From the NCBI GenBank assembly GCA_963803435.1, contig CAWDML010000003.1, forward strand, positions 32,001-96,000: a stretch of 64,000 bases of DNA, written 5' to 3'. Shown here one piece after another: positions 59,334 through 64,000 of the stretch (positions within the stretch are counted from its first letter, which is position 1; the number at the start of each line of letters is the position of its first letter). The DNA is from an uncultured delta proteobacterium. Lineage in GTDB: Bacteria; Myxococcota; Kuafuiibacteriia; Kuafuiibacteriales; Kuafuiibacteriaceae. A model generated the notes under the pieces. The model was given only the letters and a program-made list of their open reading frames with translations, was not told the DNA's origin and searched no databases. Position numbers and translations under genes: made by a program.

Positions 59334-60773
59334 GTGGAGCTCGCCAAGGTTCTCTTCGACGCCACGGCCGACGCCTTGATCGCGACCTCGCCCGAAGGAG
59401 ATGTCCTGGTCTGGAACCGAGGCGCCGAGACTATCTTCGAGCTCGACCGTACCGAGGCCAGCGGGCGGGCGATCGAGGATCTGATCGTGCCTCCCGAGGG
59501 TCGCGCCCAGATCCGGAGCGCATTCGAGCGTGCCCTCGCGACCCCGGGGCTGATCCAGTTCGAGACGGTGCGAAGGCGGAGGAACGGTCTCGAGCTCCCG
59601 GTCAGCGTCCGTATGGAGGCCGTCCGCGATCCTGCGGGCGGCGGGCTCTTCTTGGTCCTCAGCGCCCGCCCTCGGGAGATGAACGCGCCCGAGGCCGTCT
59701 TTCGCGGCCTGCTGGAGACGGCGCCCGACGCGATGGTGATCGTCGGGCTCGACGGGCGGATCGTCCTGATCAACGCGCAGACCGAGTCGCTCTTCGGATG
59801 GTCGAGGACCGAGCTTCTCGGCAAACCCGTCGAGGTTCTCATGCCGGAGCGGTTTCGCGAGGGGCATCCCGAGCACCGCTCCTACTATCACTCGAGCCCG
59901 CGGACCCGACCGATGGGCGCGGGGCTCGACCTGTACTGCGTACGAAAGGACGGCAGCGAGTTTGCGGCCGAGATCAGCCTCAGCCCTATCGAGGTCGACG
60001 ACGGCACGCTGGTGACCGCAGCCATCCGCGACATCACCGAGCGGAAGCGACTCGAGGAGCGGCTCCAGGAGACCAATCGCCTGAAGAGCGAGTTCGTCGC
60101 GAACATGTCGCACGAGCTGCGGACGCCGCTGAACGCCATCATCGGGTTCGCGACGCTGCTCCACCGCGAGAAGGTCGGCCCCCTCACGGCCGCGCAGAAG
60201 GAGTACCTGGGCGATGTCCTGACCAGCTCTCGGCACCTCCTCCAGCTGATCAACGAGGTCCTCGACCTGGCGCGGGTGGAGTCGGGCCGGATGGTCTTCA
60301 ATCCGGAAAAATTTGCAGTCGAGCCGATCGTCCGGGAGGTCTGCGATGGCTTGCGTGGACTAGCGGCGGAGAAGAGAATTCAGCTCGAGTATCGGATTGA
60401 TCCCTCTCTGCCTGAGCTTTTCGTCGATCTCGCGAAGCTCAAGCAGGTCCTCTATAACTATCTCTCGAATGCGCTCAAGTTCACGCCTGAGCAGGGCCGC
60501 GTCGAGATCCGGATCCGCTCGGTCGACGCGGATCACTTCGCCGTCGAGGTCGAGGACACCGGCATCGGGATCGAGCCGAAGGACCTCGAACGTCTCTTTA
60601 CCGAGTTCATGCAGCTGGATGCCGGGACCGGGAAGCGGTATCCAGGGACAGGGCTGGGACTCGCACTCACCAAGCGAATCGTCGAGGCGCAAGGTGGTCG
60701 GGTCTCCGTCGACAGTACGCCGGGCCAGGGCAGCACGTTCTCGGCGGTGCTTGCGAAGGTGATCGAGGCTTGA
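59334..60773 (+). CDS. PAS-PAS sensor histidine kinase
   Basis: Two PAS domains; [11 protein letters not shown]; [10 protein letters not shown]; DTGIGI; GTGLGL. Confidence 0.95.
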   Translation: MELAKVLFDATADALIATSPEGDVLVWNRGAETIFELDRTEASGRAIEDLIVPPEGRAQIRSAFERALATPGLIQFETVRRRRNGLELPVSVRMEAVRDPAGGGLFLVLSARPREMNAPEAVFRGLLETAPDAMVIVGLDGRIVLINAQTESLFGWSRTELLGKPVEVLMPERFREGHPEHRSYYHSSPRTRPMGAGLDLYCVRKDGSEFAAEISLSPIEVDDGTLVTAAIRDITERKRLEERLQETNRLKSEFVANMSHELRTPLNAIIGFATLLHREKVGPLTAAQKEYLGDVLTSSRHLLQLINEVLDLARVESGRMVFNPEKFAVEPIVREVCDGLRGLAAEKRIQLEYRIDPSLPELFVDLAKLKQVLYNYLSNALKFTPEQGRVEIRIRSVDADHFAVEVEDTGIGIEPKDLERLFTEFMQLDAGTGKRYPGTGLGLALTKRIVEAQGGRVSVDSTPGQGSTFSAVLAKVIEA

Positions 60774-61150
60774 TGGGCGATCCGATACTCGTCGTTGACG
60801 ACAACGCGGCGAACCTCAAGCTGGCCCGCGTGCTCCTGGTCTCGGAGGGGTATCAGGTCCGCACCGCCGCGGACGCCGAGGAGGCCCTGCGGGTGCTCGA
60901 GTCCTTCGCGCCGCGCCTGATCCTGATGGATGTCCAGCTCCCAGGGATCGACGGCCTCCAGCTCACGCGACAGATCAAGGCCGATCCGCGCCATCGAAAC
61001 ATCATCGTCGTCGCGCTGACCGCGTACGCGATGAAGGGAGACGAAGAGAAAGCGCGGGCGGCCGGCTGCGATGGCTACGTCTCGAAGCCGATCGATCCCG
61101 ATACCCTGCCGGTTCTGGTCGCCGAGCTGATCGCGGGGGCGCCCCGATGA
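60773..61150 (+). CDS. Single-domain response regulator (DivK-like)
   Basis: ILVVDDN, LILMDVQLPGIDG, TAYAMKGD, YVSKP. Confidence 0.95.
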   Translation: MGDPILVVDDNAANLKLARVLLVSEGYQVRTAADAEEALRVLESFAPRLILMDVQLPGIDGLQLTRQIKADPRHRNIIVVALTAYAMKGDEEKARAAGCDGYVSKPIDPDTLPVLVAELIAGAPR

Positions 61151-64000
61151 ACCGCCGGATCCTGATCGTCGAGGACAATCCGATCTCGAGGAAGATGCTC
61201 CGCGTGGTGCTGGAGCTCGACGGCTTCGTCGTCGACGAGGCGCCCGACGCTCGGACAGCGCTCCGGCTGATGGAGGAGCTCCAGCCGGACTTGGTCGTCC
61301 AGGATCTCATCCTGCCCGACATGGACGGCATCGAGTTGACCCGCCGACTGCGCGCGCTCTCGGGCGACCGCGACGTTCCCATCGTCGCGCTGTCCGGTTT
61401 CTCGATCCGGATGCAGGAAGCGGTGGCCAGCGAGTCGGCATTCAGCGCCTTTCTCATGAAGCCGGCCGACCCGGACCACCTCCTCGAGGTGATCCGGACG
61501 CAGCTCCCGAAGCAGCTCCTGGACGCGGATCTAGGGGCTGGGAGGTCGGTGCTGTTGGTCGATGACGATCTGACGCTCCTCAAGCTCGGACGTCTTCACC
61601 TGGAGTCGTACGGCTTTCGAGTGTTCGTGGCCGCCGGCGGAGAGGCGGCCCTCGAGGTGGCGCGGCGCGAGCGACCCGACGCGGTGGTCAGCGACATCTT
61701 GATGCGCGGTATGGACGGCTTCCAGCTCTGCATGGCCATACGCGCCGACCCGCAGCTCGGCCATCTGCCGGTGTTCTTGATCTCCTCGCAGTACGGAGAG
61801 CCGGAGGATCGCGTGCTGGCGACCCGCGTGGGCGCCGACGCGCTCTTCGGGCGCAGCCCCGACTATCGGGAGGTCGCCGAGGCCGTGGTGCGCGGGCTCG
61901 AGCGCGGTCCGACCGGATCCCGGGCCAGCGGCGATCTCGAGGCGGCGCGACGCGAGCACGGCGATGCCGTCATCCGCCAGCTGGATCGGCAGGTCGAGCT
62001 GAACACCAGCCTCGCGCAGCGCTGCTCGATCCAGGCAGCGCAGCTCTCGCTTCTCGGCGGCATCGCGGACGCGCTCACTCGCAAGAGTCAGGTGCGGCTG
62101 GTCCTCGGCGATGTCCTCGCCGCCTGTCTCGACGCCGCCGGCATCTCTCGAGGTGTGCTGTATCTGGTGGAGCCGGGCGGATCGCTCCTCGCCCACAGCT
62201 CGATCGGATACGGTCACAGCGAGAGCGACGCGGTGTCGACGTTCTTCGAACATCGGGAGCTCCTCGATCGTTCGATGCGCGAGCAGATCCCGATCACGGT
62301 GCCCTCGGAGGGGGTCGAACCGGAGGTGGCCCGCCGATTCCTCGACCGTGCGGGCATCTCCACGGCGCACATCGTCCCGCTGGTGCACGGGAACGAATCG
62401 TTGGGCGCTCTGCTGCTCGGCTCCGGCATCAGCGACCTGACGAGCGAGGACCCGGTGGCCTTCGCCCGCGCCATCGGCTTCCACGTGGTGAAGTCGCTCA
62501 AGCTCGCGGACGCCTTCGATCGCCTGGCGGCCTCGGAGGCACGCTATCGAAGCGTCGTCGATCACGCGACCTGCGGCGTTTTCTCTCTCCAGCGGAACGG
62601 AACCATCGAAGAGGCCAACCGGCTCGGCGCCGAGATCCTGGGCGTCTCCCGCGACGCATTGATCGGACGGAGCTTCCTCGACTTCCTGAGCCCGAGCGAC
62701 CGCAACTACGCAGCGGTTCGCTTCCTGCGCCGGGTGGGCCAGGGCGCCGAGCTGTTCACCGAGATCACGATCGAGCGGCCGGACGGCCGCCGGGTGGTGG
62801 CCGAATTCTCACCGGCGCTGGTCGAGGCCGGCGGCCAGCATTTCGTGATCGCGGTGGCGACCGACGTCACCGAGCGGAACAGCCTCCGCGAGCAGGCTGT
62901 GCTCAACGACAAGCTGGCGACCGTCGGCACGCTCGCCGCCGGCGTCGCGCACGAGATCAACAATCCGATCGCGTTCGTCCTGGCGAACCTCACCTTTCTC
63001 CAGGAGGAGATCGACCGGGTGAAGGCCTCTGCGGAGGGCGGGGTGCCGCCCGAGCTCGACGCCTTCCTCGATCAAGCCCGGGAGATCGTCCGAGAGTCCC
63101 TTGGGGGCACTGAGCGGGTACGCGATATCGTGAGGGGGATGAAGGGATTCGCGCGCGTCGACGATTCGGAGGTGGCGTCCGTGGACGTGAACCAGATCCT
63201 CGATGCTGCCGCGAACATGGTGTCGCACGAGATCCGCTATCGCGCACGGCTGGAGAAGGACTACCAGGAGCTACCCAGGCTGGTGGGGAGCCCGGGCAAG
63301 CTCACGCAGGTCTTCGTGAACCTGATCGTGAACGCAGCCCACGCCATCCGCCCCGGCTCGACGGAGGAGAACACCGTCCGGGTGCGGACGAGCCGCGACG
63401 ACGAGCGGATTCGTGTCGAGGTCAGCGACACCGGCTCCGGGATCCCACCGGACGTCCTGCCCCGGATCTTCGACCCCTTCTTCACCACCAAGGGACCGGG
63501 CGTCGGGACCGGTCTGGGCCTCTCGATCTGCCACGAGATCGTGCGCAATCACGGAGGACACATTCGCGTCGACACGCAGCTCGGGCGGGGGAGCACGTTC
63601 TTCATCTGGTTGCCGCTGCAGAGCGGCTACGTGCTCCCGGACGAGATTGAGCCGGGCAGCTTCGACCTCGGTCCGCCCGCGCGGGTGCTGGTGGTGGACG
63701 ACGAGCCGTTCCTGCTGCGCGCCGTCTCTCGGATGCTGTCGTCCACGCACGACGTCACGGTCGCCGAGGGCGGCCGCGCCGCGCTCGAGATCCTGTCCTC
63801 GGGCGCCAGCTTCGAGCTCATGATCACGGATCTCATGATGCCGGACGTCAGCGGCATCGAGCTGTACCGGTTCGTGTCCGAGCAACACCCGGAGCTCGCA
63901 CGCCAGTGCCTGTTCATGACCGGCGGGGCCTTCGCCCAGGACGCGCAGGATTTCCTGAAGGAGACCGATCTTCCGCGGATCTCCAAGCCGTTCACGGCGG
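61147..64000 (+). CDS. Hybrid histidine kinase REC-REC-GAF-PAS-HisKA-HATPase-REC, 3'-partial (absent from the ORF track)
   Basis: ATGA overlap at 61147; [11 protein letters not shown]; VLLVDDD; GVAHEINNP; NLIVNA; [13 protein letters not shown]; VLVVDDE; frame appears open to the window end. Confidence 0.9.
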   Translation, partial: MNRRILIVEDNPISRKMLRVVLELDGFVVDEAPDARTALRLMEELQPDLVVQDLILPDMDGIELTRRLRALSGDRDVPIVALSGFSIRMQEAVASESAFSAFLMKPADPDHLLEVIRTQLPKQLLDADLGAGRSVLLVDDDLTLLKLGRLHLESYGFRVFVAAGGEAALEVARRERPDAVVSDILMRGMDGFQLCMAIRADPQLGHLPVFLISSQYGEPEDRVLATRVGADALFGRSPDYREVAEAVVRGLERGPTGSRASGDLEAARREHGDAVIRQLDRQVELNTSLAQRCSIQAAQLSLLGGIADALTRKSQVRLVLGDVLAACLDAAGISRGVLYLVEPGGSLLAHSSIGYGHSESDAVSTFFEHRELLDRSMREQIPITVPSEGVEPEVARRFLDRAGISTAHIVPLVHGNESLGALLLGSGISDLTSEDPVAFARAIGFHVVKSLKLADAFDRLAASEARYRSVVDHATCGVFSLQRNGTIEEANRLGAEILGVSRDALIGRSFLDFLSPSDRNYAAVRFLRRVGQGAELFTEITIERPDGRRVVAEFSPALVEAGGQHFVIAVATDVTERNSLREQAVLNDKLATVGTLAAGVAHEINNPIAFVLANLTFLQEEIDRVKASAEGGVPPELDAFLDQAREIVRESLGGTERVRDIVRGMKGFARVDDSEVASVDVNQILDAAANMVSHEIRYRARLEKDYQELPRLVGSPGKLTQVFVNLIVNAAHAIRPGSTEENTVRVRTSRDDERIRVEVSDTGSGIPPDVLPRIFDPFFTTKGPGVGTGLGLSICHEIVRNHGGHIRVDTQLGRGSTFFIWLPLQSGYVLPDEIEPGSFDLGPPARVLVVDDEPFLLRAVSRMLSSTHDVTVAEGGRAALEILSSGASFELMITDLMMPDVSGIELYRFVSEQHPELARQCLFMTGGAFAQDAQDFLKETDLPRISKPFTA

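Noticed and set aside
56669-64000. Prophage or integrative island at tRNA-Asn
   Set aside because: No integrase or phage genes and no distal att copy seen in the window.

Overview
High-GC chromosomal window whose gene content suggests a Myxococcota-like deltaproteobacterium (inferred from Ser/Thr kinases, Cys-rich lipoproteins, a DUF1592/DUF1552 pair and sigma54 activators). It carries envelope and housekeeping genes (bamD, an M16 peptidase pair, an MBOAT/SGNH acylation pair, an enlarged glmS, mtgA, recX, lgt, an Omp85-family protein, hslO, folE, ribA), several signalling modules, a redox-type operon, tRNA-Asn with promoter and terminator, and a terminal PAS/receiver/hybrid-kinase cluster that runs off the end. 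About eleven apparent single-base frameshifts, one in bamD, look like sequencing or assembly errors. The most striking structure is a 1.2 kb element at 39028-40230. It is bounded by ~70-bp inverted repeats ending in CTAG with internal (GGTCCC)n arrays, carries an intact four-helix-bundle (23S rRNA intervening-sequence family) gene and a truncated IS1182-type transposase, and ends exactly at the stop codon of a cytochrome c gene inside an operon. All family assignments come from motif recognition by eye; no database searches were run.
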